A stretch of 63,958 bases of DNA, the filler included, from Collodictyon triciliatum (Eukaryota), in the NCBI GenBank assembly GCA_043381765.1. It is 8 parts of 8 records of this genome, joined end to end, with 100 filler letters (N's around TTAATTAATTAA, not from the genome) between each part and the next. Parts side by side here need not be neighbours in the genome. Positions count along the whole stretch, not along the records: positions 37,271 to 48,461 come from JBHJMP010000017.1; positions 48,562 to 53,859 come from JBHJMP010000018.1; positions 53,960 to 61,104 come from JBHJMP010000019.1; positions 61,205 to 63,958 come from JBHJMP010000029.1; 4 more parts are not named here. One strand, 5' to 3'. The notes beneath the pieces were generated by a model. It had not been told where the DNA came from, searched no databases, and worked only from the letters and a program-made list of their open reading frames with translations. Of the stretch, positions 45,201 to 63,958 are shown in pieces. The position numbers and the translations under genes were made by a program. Every line of letters begins with the position of its first letter. Position 1 is the first letter of the stretch.

Positions 45201-48173
45201 ATTGATAAGTAGAGTCTTCGCATAGAATGGGCACATCTTCAGAGGCTGCTTGCATCATTCTTGCAGCCAAGTTAACTGTACTTCCCACAGTAGAAAACTC
45301 TCTGAAAAGCATACTTCCCACCTTTGACAGAGCAATGTAAGAAAAAAATTCCAACAAATGAATAAATATCACATCATAAAAAAATTCAGGAAAGAAAGGT
45401 TGTTACAGCGTCCATTTTCATTTGGTAAATGCAAGATAATTGATTGGATCAAGTATTGACAGCATACCACTCCAAAGAAAACAGTACTTGTTGCCAATCC
45501 AATGCATGGACGCAAATCTATCTCACGAAGCTTTGCAACTATCTTAAAACGCAAAAATATGACGTTACGTCTTATTCTGTCTGTAAACAAATTGGAAAAT
45601 ATTAAAAATTGCTACGATTTAGGGGCGTAGATATCTTTGTTATAAGTTTGATGTGCTTTATTTGAATATATGTGTCGTGTATCATGTCATTTTTTTTCGT
45701 TGAGAAAGGTTAATATGCGTTTTCTGTCTGTTTGCTTTTTTTTTGTCTTGTTTTGTTTTGTTTTGTTTTGTTTTGTTTTGTTTTGTTTTGTTTTGTTTTG
45801 TTTTGTTTTGTTTTGTTTTGTTTTGTTTTGTTTTGTTTTGTTTTGTTTTGTTTTGTTTGTAGTTGTTTAAGGAATAATAGGTTTTTGATAATAAAAAAAA
45901 TACTGAATTAAGGTCATTACTTGCAATGCAGCTAGAAGGCCTCTCACAGGGTCGTCCTCATGTGACCTTGGTGGCAGACCGAAGGCAGCTTTGAATACGG
46001 TGCCCTGTGCAGTGTTTAAAAGTTATATAATGGAGTCTTATGACAAGCGATTGACATTATATACATACATTTGACAATTAAAAAAAGTATTCCTCCATAT
46101 GATGAAATAAAATAAAATGCAATTACTTTATCATCAATCTGTAGCCGAGAGAGAACACCACCGTAGTCTGATAAAGCTTGCTGTGAAATGTAGGAGAAAG
46201 ATAAGTATGACGTGCGCATCAATAAGTGAATGTGTTTCGCAATTATAGTTCTCTATCTGCAAAGAAAATTTTTGTAAATAAAGATACATATAGATACCTG
46301 AATAATTAACATAGCTTCGTGCAGTTTGGGGACTGCAACATCGTAATCTGTGTACTGAAGATTCGTCAATCTCAGAAACATGATGGTGACACGTCTCAAT
46401 TCTCCAACGCGTTGCATTTCTCCAACAGCAAATTGCATTCGAAGGGGTTCAGGTGTGTACTTGAGTATGATTTTCCCCATCTCTTGTGTGTAGTTTCTAT
46501 GATCATGTACAATCAGGTTACTTCTTGACTGGATATGACAATATCAGATCTCAAATCAAGGGTACTTTACGCACTGTACAAGATTTGCAATAATAAAGAT
46601 AAAACCATATGCTTGAATGGATGTCTATTACGAATGTGAATGCAACGCACACTTTCATGGGTACAGAGAATAAAAATACATATTCTTACTGCGCAAAATT
46701 AGCCAGTTGTTCGTTTCTGAAGTTTTTTTCATCTCCCGTTGGGATTTCGATATGAGTTATTTTGACGAAGCTATCAGTGGAGATGTGATTTTCTTCGTCC
46801 TCCGGCAATTTTTTGTGAAGAGACATTTGAATTGTTGGTGCAGAGCCCATCTCTAAAGTTCTGATATCGGGCGTGAAAAACAATGCCTCAACCTCGTCAT
46901 CACCCACTTTGTGGCGAATTTCATCCTCATCAAAGACAGGGACGCCCTCAGCCTTAAGATTATTAAAATTTTAGAAAAAAAAATAGAGTTTCATTTTCGG
47001 ACGCCATGATTAAGCTCAGTCGGATGTGAGCTGTGTGTCTTTCAATCATCCACTTGAAGGAATATAAACCAGATACATGACACATGTGCTGTGGGTTTGA
47101 TTAAAACAGCGTTAAAGTTTGATAGTCTTACATCATTGTGAATCAGCTTCCACGCCTGTGGGCTCACAACAATCTCGCCAGCTTTAGCAAGATGCTCCGC
47201 TCCCGTGATTTGTTGCAGCGGTTCTCCGCCAATCACGTATTCGCACCGATCATTCCCTCCACCGACATGCATCCCAACTACAGTTCCAGCTCCCAGTCCG
47301 ATGTGAACCTGAAGCTCAATGGGAGTATCCTTTCCCTGCGATTCCATCAGTTAATAAATGCTATAAAAAATACTATTGACTGTTAAAGCACAGCAATAAT
47401 TCCGCCTTTATATACTATTATTTGATAAACAAAAATAGAAGAAGAAAAAAACAGAGTACTAATTTACAAAAAGGATGTAAAAGGCTTAGATGCTGCTATT
47501 GCTTTGCTTTTGCCCAAGTGATAGGTGTGTACAATGGGTATTAGTAAATGAAAGTTAAAAGAAATCCAGACTTACAGCTGGTGGGAGTGTGGGCCTTTGT
47601 TGCAGAATCAGAAACCCACATTGAACAGCTTTCAGCGTCGCTTTCTCTAATGAGTCATTCTGTCCTGGCTTTACCGGCCAAACTGCCATCATTGCATCTG
47701 CGTCGGTGTGGGGAATATATAAGAATGATTGATTTGGAAATGAAAAAAAAAAAGAATAAAGTCGCGACAAAGTAATGAGACATAATTGCTGGTTATAATT
47801 ATTTGAATTCTTTTCTTTTCTTTTCTTTTCTTTTTGGCAAAAGTGAACAAATGGACTATTATCAATTTCAAGACTTTCAAAAAAAATTGGTAGAGAACAA
47901 ACTTTAGAAAGATTTACGTTATCTAAAGGTCTTACCCCCACTAAACTTGATGACATCTCCGCCAAAGGAGTTTATGCAGCGCGCTATGATGGCAAAGTAG
48001 CTGTTGATGACCTTGTTGAGTACTTCCATTCCTTCCACCCCTTTGGCCTTTGTCAGGCGATCCGCAAGTGCCGAAAACCCGGAAATGTCTGCAAATAAAA
48101 GCGTGGCTTCAAAAACCTCATATTCTGGAGGCTCTAATGGAGGTAAAGATGTATCCATGGCTCGCAGGAGGAC
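40020..48173 (-). CDS. Soluble adenylyl cyclase (ADCY10/sGC)-like class III cyclase: C1-C2, STAND ATPase, TPR region; 5' end unresolved
   Basis: C1 LLFADISGFS...GGDVIKFSG|DAMMAVW...HIGLGAG...GEIVVSP. C2 GELRRVTIMF...LSRLQIDDK|G...FGLPP.SHEDDPVR...REFSTVGSTVNLAARMM. Walker A GENGFGKS, Walker B ITLEDIEW|LDSPSW, SGNPL, then helical TPR-like repeats. Confidence 0.92.
43555..43740. repeat. (AAAAAC)n/(AAAACAC)n array in a cyclase intron
   Basis: Seen directly. Confidence 0.9.
45749..45858. repeat. (GTTTT)n array in a cyclase intron
   Basis: Seen directly. Confidence 0.9.
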
Positions 48174-48461
48174 CTGATGTGTTTGTATGTATCACCTTTA
48201 GCAGTAGTTTGTTGGTTTCAAAACGGTGTTTCCTTTCTAGCAAACTGATTCTTTTATTCTGCGCATGACAGTGTGTGCTGAGGAAGCAATTAGGACCATG
48301 CCAATTATTCCTCCAATTCATCAGATCGGTGTCTTTCCCCTCTTTTCTCTTTTTCTCTATTTTTTATCTTTTGTTTTATCTTTTGTTTTATCTTTTGTTT
48401 TATCTTTTGTTTTATCTTTTGTTTTATCTTTTGTTTTATCTTTTGTTTTATCTTTTGTTTT

Positions 48462-48561
48462 NNNNNNNNNNNNNNNNNNNNNNNNNNNNNNNNNNNNNNN
48501 NNNNNTTAATTAATTAANNNNNNNNNNNNNNNNNNNNNNNNNNNNNNNNNNNNNNNNNNNN
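48462..48561. other. Artificial contig linker (5 of 7), between cyclase and myosin
   Basis: TTAATTAATTAA at 48506-48517, flanked by (TTTTATCTTTTG)n and (AAT/AAC)n. Confidence 0.95.
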
Positions 48562-48785
48562 TAACAATAATAATAATAACAATAATAATAATAACAATAA
48601 TAATAATAACAATAATAATAATAACAATAATAATAATAACAATAATAATAATAACAATAATAACAATAATAACAATAATAACAATAATAATAATAACAAT
48701 AATAATAATAACAATAATAATAACAATAATAATAACAATAATAATAACAATAATAACTTTAAAAGTGAAATAGTAAAAGGATCAC

Positions 48786-51430
48786 CTCTGCCTTTCTTCT
48801 ATTTTCTTCAATTTTTTTCATCAATCTTCTTCTGAATAGCATTACCTTGAAAAGAAGCTTCACAAGAAACGGTTAATCTCTTGTGCGAAATTAGTAGAAT
48901 TAACATTATCTAGTCGCCCTTTTTTTTTTTTAGCAAACAAATAAAGACACCTTAATTTTTTTTATGGCAGTGGTTTGGTCCTCTGCATTTTTCTGAAGAG
49001 TGAGTTGATGAGTGGGTGGTTTCAATCAAAAAAAAATTATCACTTGAAATTCAATTCCAATCTGAACAAAGCAAATAAAAAATTTTTTAAAAAAAATCGG
49101 GGTGCCTCTTATTAAATATGTAATTTGAAGTTATTGACAATACCTGTAGCATAGCTCGGTATTGTGAGTTTTTGAAATACACATTCGTCTTGCCTATTTG
49201 AACTCCTTCGAATTCTTTTAAAACAGACTTGATAAAGACTGGAATAAACTCGCTTAAATTGCTAAATACAATTTAACAGATTAGAAAACGGAAGTATATA
49301 ATTCTGACAGGAGTATATCCCTAAGCAGAGAACTCATCTAACAATGTATCACAAAAATGAAATAAAGAGCTCACATTGGAGGTTTGTATTCAGGATGATC
49401 TTTAACTTTTTATATAAAAATTTAATAAATTCGTCAATTCTTGTGAAAAAAAAATACCAACTCTTAGATATTGTATAAGTATTTTAAATTCGAGAATGGT
49501 GTGACATGGTTAAAAGTAGGGGAAGAAAAGAAAACTAATCTAGGTATAGGGTTTGCAAATGTGTATCGCATAGTAAAATATTAATCGCTGATATATATAT
49601 ATATATTACTTGAATAAGTGAACTTGGACATGAAAATCTCCTTCGTCATCCTGATGGGATATGAACTCCGACTTTTTTTTTTTGAAAACGGATTTTGTAA
49701 ATTACATTTTATGTGCATATATCTAACTGTTTTCTGGAATAATTGATGGACAAGTGGAAAATAACGAGAAAATTTTCAATCTATGAAATAACCTCATTTT
49801 AACAGCGTGATGAATACCAGAGTATCTTAGTTGCTCTACTGTTTTCAAGGGCTAAAATTCGTTAGTGAATGAGTACCCATGCTTACATGATATTCTTACA
49901 AAATGATTATTTCTAAATACTTCGATCCTCTCGGGCTCCTTTGAATTGTTTGGTTTGATACACTTCACGTAATGAATATGGGTTAATTTTAGAGTTGCAC
50001 AGAGTGCTTCGAGCTGACTGCAAAAAATTCTCGCGATAGTTTGGCTTGTTTCTAACTTCCGTCCTGTAGCTGATGAGTTGTTTTATAAGGACTTAGGTCA
50101 TCGAGTACATCAGTGATTTCCAATAATAAAGCTGTAAACTTACATTTTTCTTGTGAAGCCGGGCTCGTTTCACTCTGCTTAGGTTCAGGTGTGCCCATGC
50201 AAAGTCTTAAGATGGGATTCGACGATGCCAGCAAGGGACGAATCTTATCAACGTGAGACAAATAAAGCCTATCAACGACATGGAAAACGAAGCAAAAGAA
50301 TATATGGTTGATACGATTATTGGATTACCCTTGTTATATGTACTAGATCGGTATTCCTGTGCACCATATCTGAGCTTTCATACCTCACTTCGCCTATATA
50401 TTGGTCATATGTGAAGGAAGAGAATGTAACAAAAGTATATTTTCTCAAGTTTCGGCTGCATAATTACAAGAAAAAATCCACATACAAACAGGAGAGAAAG
50501 AAGGAGGGGGAAAAAAATAGATGAAAACAAGTTTATAGATTTCAACATTTTGTGTATACCATTTCGAAGTATTGAGTGACAGGTATAATCAATGTTACCT
50601 GCAAAATGGCGCAACTTGAACACACTTGGAGCCTTCACATCATATGAAATGAGAGGGTTTTTCGGATGCTTTTTCTTGAATTTATCAATTAAACCATGGC
50701 TACCAGAAACGGATGAGGCTGATGATCTCGGGCTATCTAAATCGAGAAAATTGGGAAATAAAATTAAAATTGAGAGATTAAAAAGTAATAGACCATAGCG
50801 AACAATACCTGTCAGGCTAGATCCCAATGTGTTGGAGTCGTTCATACTTTGGATGAGTTCTTTCTATTATATTTATTTGATGAAACAGTTAGTTTCGTGG
50901 GTGCAATTAATGATAAAGTTGTGTCGTTTGTATTACAGTTAATTTTGCTATCTCGCTGTTATCTGGTGCCTGAATTTCTGTCCAATGCAGGCCTTCATCG
51001 GCATATTCCTTTTGGGTATCCTAAAAAAATTGTCCCAAGGTGATTTGTACAAGACACATAACGGAATACACAAGTTAATGTCAATTCAAACAGCATCCTA
51101 CGCGTGCTAAATTGTGAATGGGCTTGGGATAAAAATAATGCTGGTAACTGCAATTATATTTCATGTAGATTTACTTACTTTAAAAACGTTTGTCACAAAC
51201 AGCTGGTGAAGAACTTCATTGGTATAGTTGATACCTGTGACGCAATTAATCAGTGCTTATATATAGTTATACGGGTGAATATACTTTCTATTTTTTTTTT
51301 TTAAAAAAAACTCTGGCAGCCACAAACATTAGGATTTTTTTATCGTACATGGTAAAAGATACGACTTGCACATCCATAATCATGGATAATCAAACAAGTA
51401 AGAAAAGTAAGAAAAGTAAGAAAAGAAAAA

Positions 51431-51529
<99 letters not shown>

Positions 51530-53756
51530 AAGAAGAAGAAGAAGAAGAAGAAGAAGAAGAAGAAGAAGAAGAAGAAGAAGAAGAAGAAGAAGAAGAAGAA
51601 GAAGAAGAAGAAGAAGAAGAAGANNNNNNNNNNNNNNNNNNNNNNNNNNNNNNNNNNNNNNNNNNNNNNNNNNNNNNNNNNNNNNNNNNNNNNNNNNNNN
51701 NNNNNNNNNNNNNNNNNNNNNNNGAAGAAGAAGAAGAAGAAGAAGAAGAAGAAGAAGAAGAAGAAGAAGAAGAAGAAGAAGAAGAAGAAGAAGAAGAAGA
51801 AGAAGAAGAAGAAGAAGAAGAAGAAAAAGAGAGAAAAAGAAGGTCATACAGAGTTGCTCGAGACTGTTGGATTCCAAATCTTCGAAACCAAATATGTCCA
51901 ATATTCCGATTGTGGAAGAGCTCTTGAGATGTGAATACATCAGAGTCGTAGAAAGGCGTGTTATATTTAGTGTTCGACATTGAAAAGAGGTTTCTATAAA
52001 GAATACGCACGCAATAAAAGAGAAAGAAAAGAAAAATGTCACTTTGTCTAAAAATATACCTTTATTTTATCGTGACCAATAGATTCATTAATTGAATTAA
52101 CCAACCAATCAAATAATGAGCGATAAATGGCTTTCGCCATGCTGTTTCTAACCTCGTATGCCTATTAGAACATTATTTGTATTTTAAGATGATGAACTAA
52201 AATTTCTCGAATTAAAAGTATCCAGTAGATAAATTTAGGTGCTTTTGAGCAGAAAAAAAGGAAGAGAAGAGAAAATATTAAACCTTCTCGACTGAGTGAT
52301 GTGAAATGCTTTCTTCCCCATGAATTTCTTTAAAATCAAGTAAAAGAATGTTTGATAACTTATCCTCGGGCAGCCCTATGAGCCTGCACACAAGATGAAT
52401 CTAGAAGTGAGGATTAAAGAGAAAGAATGGCTAGTTTTAATACTTGATTCATCCTTTTACTAAAAGCTTCGGTGGTGCAGCATATTATCTCATACCGGCG
52501 ATGATTCAGATATTTTGGCCCCGTCTCTCCCAGGGATGAACTCAACATTTCCAAGGTGGAGAATACCGGCGATGATCTAATGTTCATTAACAGAAAGAGA
52601 TAATTGGCAAAAAAAAAAAAAAAAAAAAAATNNNNNNNNNNNNNNNNNNNNNNNNNNNNNNNNNNNNNNNNNNNNNNNNNNNNNNNNNNNNNNNNNNNNN
52701 NNNNNGTTCCGAAAATAAACTACACGTAATTTTGGACAACTCCAGACCTGAAAAATCGATTCAATATCCTCTTTGCTCTTCCCGATGGTGGCCAAAGCCT
52801 TGAAAGTCGATTGATAATTAGCCTTGTCTTCTTCTGTGACTGAGTCTTGGGATCCCCTGAATAGGAGCATTCATATAAAATGCTGTCAATCGAGATAATT
52901 TAATAATACTCATAGGACCAAATGAAGTTATCTAAGTTAATAAGGAGATCTACAATCGGAAAATATCAAGGCCTTCTATCTGGCAGACATCATAAGAAAG
53001 GATGTATTAATGTGAAAAAGCACGATTTAAGATATTGAAAAGATTCAGGTGGGCGATTGACGTTTAGCCTCTCTTTCAGGTCCTCGTCGTCCGATGCCAA
53101 AAGCTATTCAAGTGTTTTAGCAAAGAAATTACCAGTCTCATATAAACTAAAGTAGAATACGATATAATACAACAAAATAAAATAAAAATTAAAAATATAA
53201 GATCAGTTGAATGTACGTACTCAAACATATTAAACTTGATAAGTTAACGACTAGTTTCTACCTGATAGAATATGTGATAATTTCGCTCTTTTTTGGACAG
53301 ATTTGTAACTCGGGATTTTTCAAGGAGATATGTCTTCTCATAGATAATCGATTACAAGAAGAGCATTAAATTTTGCAGCACAATAAGGTAAAGTGATATC
53401 CAAGATGCCAATGAAAACTATGAAAGAAAATAAAAACATATGGGAAAGTGTTCAAGAAGTTAACCTCGATTTTGGCACCACAAATTTGAAGTTTGTCATC
53501 GAATTGAATGGTTATGAATTTTCCAAATCGGCTGCTGTTATCATTACGAGTTGTTTTCGCATTTCCAAAGGCCTTTAAAGCATACTATCTATTAGTTCAT
53601 TTCTTTGTAATTACTTGGCGTTTGCGCATATAGTAAAATACCTCGAGAAGGGGATTCGATTCTTCAATTTTTTTGCAAATCAGAGATTCGCTCGTTCCTC
53701 CTGAGTAGGTCAGGTACTTCATAAGAAATTTCGCCGATTCCGTTTTTCCAGAGCCG
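48786..53756 (-). CDS. Myosin motor domain plus short neck, 5'-truncated, 3' end unresolved
   Basis: [115 protein letters not shown], converter [10 protein letters not shown]. Confidence 0.95.
51432..51825. repeat. (GTA)n(GAA)n compound microsatellite with a gap, in a myosin intron
   Basis: Seen directly. Confidence 0.92.
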
Positions 53757-53766
53757 CTTTTTTCCA

Positions 53767-54138
53767 AAAAGAAAAAGAAAAAGAAAAAGAAAAAGAAAAA
53801 GAAAAAGAAAAAGAAAAAGAAAAAGAAAAAGAAAAAGAAAAAGAAAAAGAAAAAGAAAANNNNNNNNNNNNNNNNNNNNNNNNNNNNNNNNNNNNNNNNN
53901 NNNTTAATTAATTAANNNNNNNNNNNNNNNNNNNNNNNNNNNNNNNNNNNNNNNNNNNNAAGAACAAGAACAAGAACAAGAACAAGAACAAGAACAAGAA
54001 CAAGAACAAGAACAAGAACAAGAACAAGAACAAGAACAAGAACAAGAACAAGAACAAAAATAAGAACAAGAACAAGAACAAGAACAAGAATAAGAATAAG
54101 AACAAGAACAAGAACAAGAATAAGAATAAGAATAAGAA
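53767..54138. repeat. (GAAAAA)n, linker 6 (TTAATTAATTAA at 53904-53915), (AAGAAC)n
   Basis: Seen directly. Confidence 0.9.
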
Positions 54139-54258
54139 CGAACCAAGTCATCACAGGGATAGAAAGAAGACTACCGATCACAACGCAGACGTACACACAG
54201 ACACTCCTGATTGCACTCACAAAGACGTCCTCTCCTTGCAGATCGCATATCTGCATCA

Positions 54259-60896
<6,638 letters not shown>

Positions 60897-61001
60897 GTAC
60901 GTATTATATTCTTTAGAACCCAATACTTATATTTCATTTATTCAATTCAAGAGCAATTTACTCACCAGAGTTTTCGATAAAATTTGCAAAATAGTGTATA
61001 G

Positions 61002-61320
61002 AAAACATAAAACATAAAACATAAAACATAAAACATAAAACATAAAACATAAAACATAAAACATAAAACATAAAACATAAAACATAAAACATAAAACATA
61101 AAACNNNNNNNNNNNNNNNNNNNNNNNNNNNNNNNNNNNNNNNNNNNNTTAATTAATTAANNNNNNNNNNNNNNNNNNNNNNNNNNNNNNNNNNNNNNNN
61201 NNNNAAAAAAGAATAAGAAAAAAAAGAATAAGAAAAAAAAGAATAAGAAAAAAAAGAATAAGAAAAAAAAGAATAAGAAAAAAAAAGAATAAGAATAAGA
61301 AAAAAAAAAGAATAAGAAAA
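61002..61320. repeat. (AAAACAT)n, linker 7 (TTAATTAATTAA at 61149-61160), (AAAAAAAAGAATAAG)n
   Basis: Seen directly. Confidence 0.9.
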
Positions 61321-61335
61321 CGAAAAAAAGACGAC

Positions 61336-63497
61336 GTTGTGGAATTGTAATACGAACCGGCCTCCTCCGGACATTGCAGCGAAGAATTCAATGGACTTTA
61401 AAGAAAATTAAATTATAGGGGGTTCTTTTTATAATATAATAGTTACTGATGGAATTGAGAGAAAAGGGGGTTATCATTTGAGACATATATTAAGCTATCG
61501 ACCTTCATTTGTCTGATTATTTCGTAATCCATTATACACAGTTGCCTTGCCAGTTCTTCATCATCGATATCATACCAGGACATCGAGGGAGAAAAGATAT
61601 TACGAGGGACCTGTGAAAAACAAACAAACAAACAAACAAACAAACAAACAAACAAACAAACAAACAAACAAACAAACAAACAAGAAAAAAAGAGAAACAA
61701 AAACAGAAAGCAAAAAAATAAAAAAATAAAAAAAAAGGAGCAAAAATAAAAGAAAGGAAATTAGATTTGCAGTCCATAGGAAATTATACAAATACTACAT
61801 TAATATTAAAAAAGGGAAATAATTCAAAAATTATCATGATTAATTGTCCATTCAATTTGGTTTCCAAGAAGCATATCTACCTTTGGCACAGGTTTTGGTG
61901 AGGAAAACGAAACAGGGACCAAGGAGAGGCGATCCTAAAGCAGAGTGTGATTAAGCAAAAGACATTTACATACAAACATGTAGCTTATATACAGCCTGAA
62001 GGGCTTCGCACCTTTTGTGATTGCATTTTTCTCCTTGATAATAGTTGTTTTGTTTCTGGGGTTGTTTTGTTCACTTCATCTGATCAAGTAATAATGATAA
62101 TAAAAATATAGGGTCGTTAATTGAGAAGGTCTATGAAACTCAGACTGTACACAGGAGAGTGAAAAAAATAAAATAAAAATAAGACAAAAACAAATTTAAA
62201 TTGTGCGGGACATGTAATCTGAGAAAAATCATTCTTTGTGTATCAACCTGATATAGCCTGGAGAAGAGATATCTGATTCTCGTTGAGTATGAATGCAAAC
62301 TCATTTACGACTTTCCTCATCTGGTTGATGAGAAAGAGTCTTCCATTCCTGTTTCACATTATTATTACGAATTAAAAATAATAGAGTAATTTTAAATTCC
62401 TTTTGTTTTACGAACAGAGAAAAGTTAAGAGACAGTGCTATTATGGATTGGTGATTGAATATCAAAACTCACTTTCTCTCGGAATCGGTTACACCGGGCC
62501 CTTGTATCGCCTGAGATGTGCTTCAATGAAGGACAAATACACATTTTTTCAAAAAAAATAAAATAACCAACAGGTATAAGAATAAAATAAGAATAAAATA
62601 AGAATAAAATAAGAATAAAATAAGAATAAAATAAGAATAAAATAAGAATAAAATAAGAATAAAATAAGAATAAAATAAGAATAAAATAAGANNNNNNNNN
62701 NNNNNNNNNNNNNNNNNNNNNNNNNNNNNNNNNNNNNNNNNNNNNNNNNNNNNNNNNNNNNNNNNNNNNNNNNNNNNNNNNNNNNNNNNNNAATAAGAAA
62801 AAAGAATAAGAAAAAAGCATAAGAAAAAAGAATAAGAAAAAAGCATAAGAAAAAAGCATAAGAAAAAAGCATAAGAAAAAAGCATAAGAAAAAAGCATAA
62901 GAAAAAAGCATAAGAAAAAAGCATAAGAAAAAAGCATAAGAGAAAGAATAATGAAAAATTAAAATAAAATAAAATAAAATAAAATAAAAATAACTATATA
63001 GAATAATACTAAATATGATATCGGTTTCTATTTCTAGAGTGTTAAAAAGTGGATATATCCTATAATAATGCTCGATTAGTTGTTGAATAGTCAGGAACGC
63101 TGCAAATGTATTCAAAAAGGATGTTTCGACATTTTCGGGCATGATTGGTGGTCGTTTCTCTCTTTCATCCATATTTTTTGCTGCAAATCCATAAATTAGC
63201 ATGTGATTCAGTGAAATGAAGTAATATCACCCAAAACAGGATATATAAATCAAACAAAGAACTAAAAACAAAGAGGAACAAAAAGGATATAAATGTAGAC
63301 AGGAATTAAAAAAAAGAAGGAAAATAGAAAAAAAACTACGGTGGAATAGAGAAAAGCTACAAATAAAATAACGAAAAGTTTATTGCGGGAGAGAATATAC
63401 TAATCGGGAATTTTTGAAGGGACACAACAAACCTGATTTCCTCCATATGATGACCCACATGAGGGCCAACGGATGAATAACGTTCAAATCGTAGTTT
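61336..63497 (-). CDS. Ras guanine-nucleotide exchange factor (REM plus start of CDC25 domain), partial at both ends
   Basis: REM-like SFLNTFAAFLTIQQLIEHYY...RLFLINQMRKVVNEF, linker PKPVPK|VPR, CDC25 start WYDIDDEELARQLCIMDYEIIRQMK|SIEFF. Confidence 0.8.
62518..63056 (-). other. Candidate U12-type (minor spliceosome) AT-AC intron
   Basis: 5' ATATCCAC, 3' TCCTTCATTGAAGCAC. Removal gives in-frame HYYRI-SQAIQGPG. No in-phase GT donor preserves the REM helix. Confidence 0.65.
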
Positions 63498-63862
63498 CTG
63501 GAATGAAACATTCAAAAATGCAGTCAAATTAAATTAGCGTTAAGTACATTTACCCATCAATAAGAAAGTTAATTGAGGAAACAAATGAATTATGTTTTGT
63601 TACCAGCAAGTAGCGATTCACCAATTAGAAAAACAACAATAGGAATAAAAGACAAACGATTGAAATGGAAACGACAACATCTCTGCAAGCTCGATTGAGA
63701 GTGGAGGGAGTTTATCTGTAGATAAAAAAAAAAAAAAGGGATATGAGAGAGATGAAGTGATTGAAACACATTCCTATATAATTGAGTAGATTCTAAGAAA
63801 TGAAATATAAGGCTAGCGACCCAAAGCACGCATCTCCACCATCCTGCACAAATTGAAAGGAA

Positions 63863-63863
<1 letters not shown>

Positions 63864-63958
<95 letters not shown>
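63864..63958. repeat. (AAT)n microsatellite
   Basis: Seen directly. Confidence 0.95.

Overview
AT-rich, intron-dense eukaryotic (protist-like) genomic DNA in the standard genetic code (TAA, TAG and TGA all end genes). The window is eight contigs joined by seven artificial N~44-TTAATTAATTAA-N~44 linkers, and most contig ends and gaps fall in microsatellites. Gene models spliced by hand: a family-92 glycosyltransferase (GT92, -), Raptor (-), the last conserved exon of a second Raptor (+), a second GT92 (+), SIN1 (-, partial), an ARM/PB1/TKL kinase (+, partial), PEX14 with a KPWE tail (+, partial), MCM2 (+), ELG1/ATAD5 (-), an NHL-repeat protein (+), a soluble-adenylyl-cyclase-like C1-C2/STAND/TPR protein (-), a myosin motor (-, partial), C2CD3 (+, partial) and a RasGEF (-, partial). 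Three observations stand out. (1) The Raptor-GT92 gene pair is present twice, mirror-wise, and the second Raptor is missed by the ORF track. (2) The myosin motor and neck stop at a phase-0 donor, and across one linker the cyclase begins at a phase-0 acceptor on the same strand: a possible myosin-cyclase fusion, unproven because of the linker. (3) The RasGEF has a candidate U12-type AT-AC intron. All homology calls come from motif recognition, not database searches.
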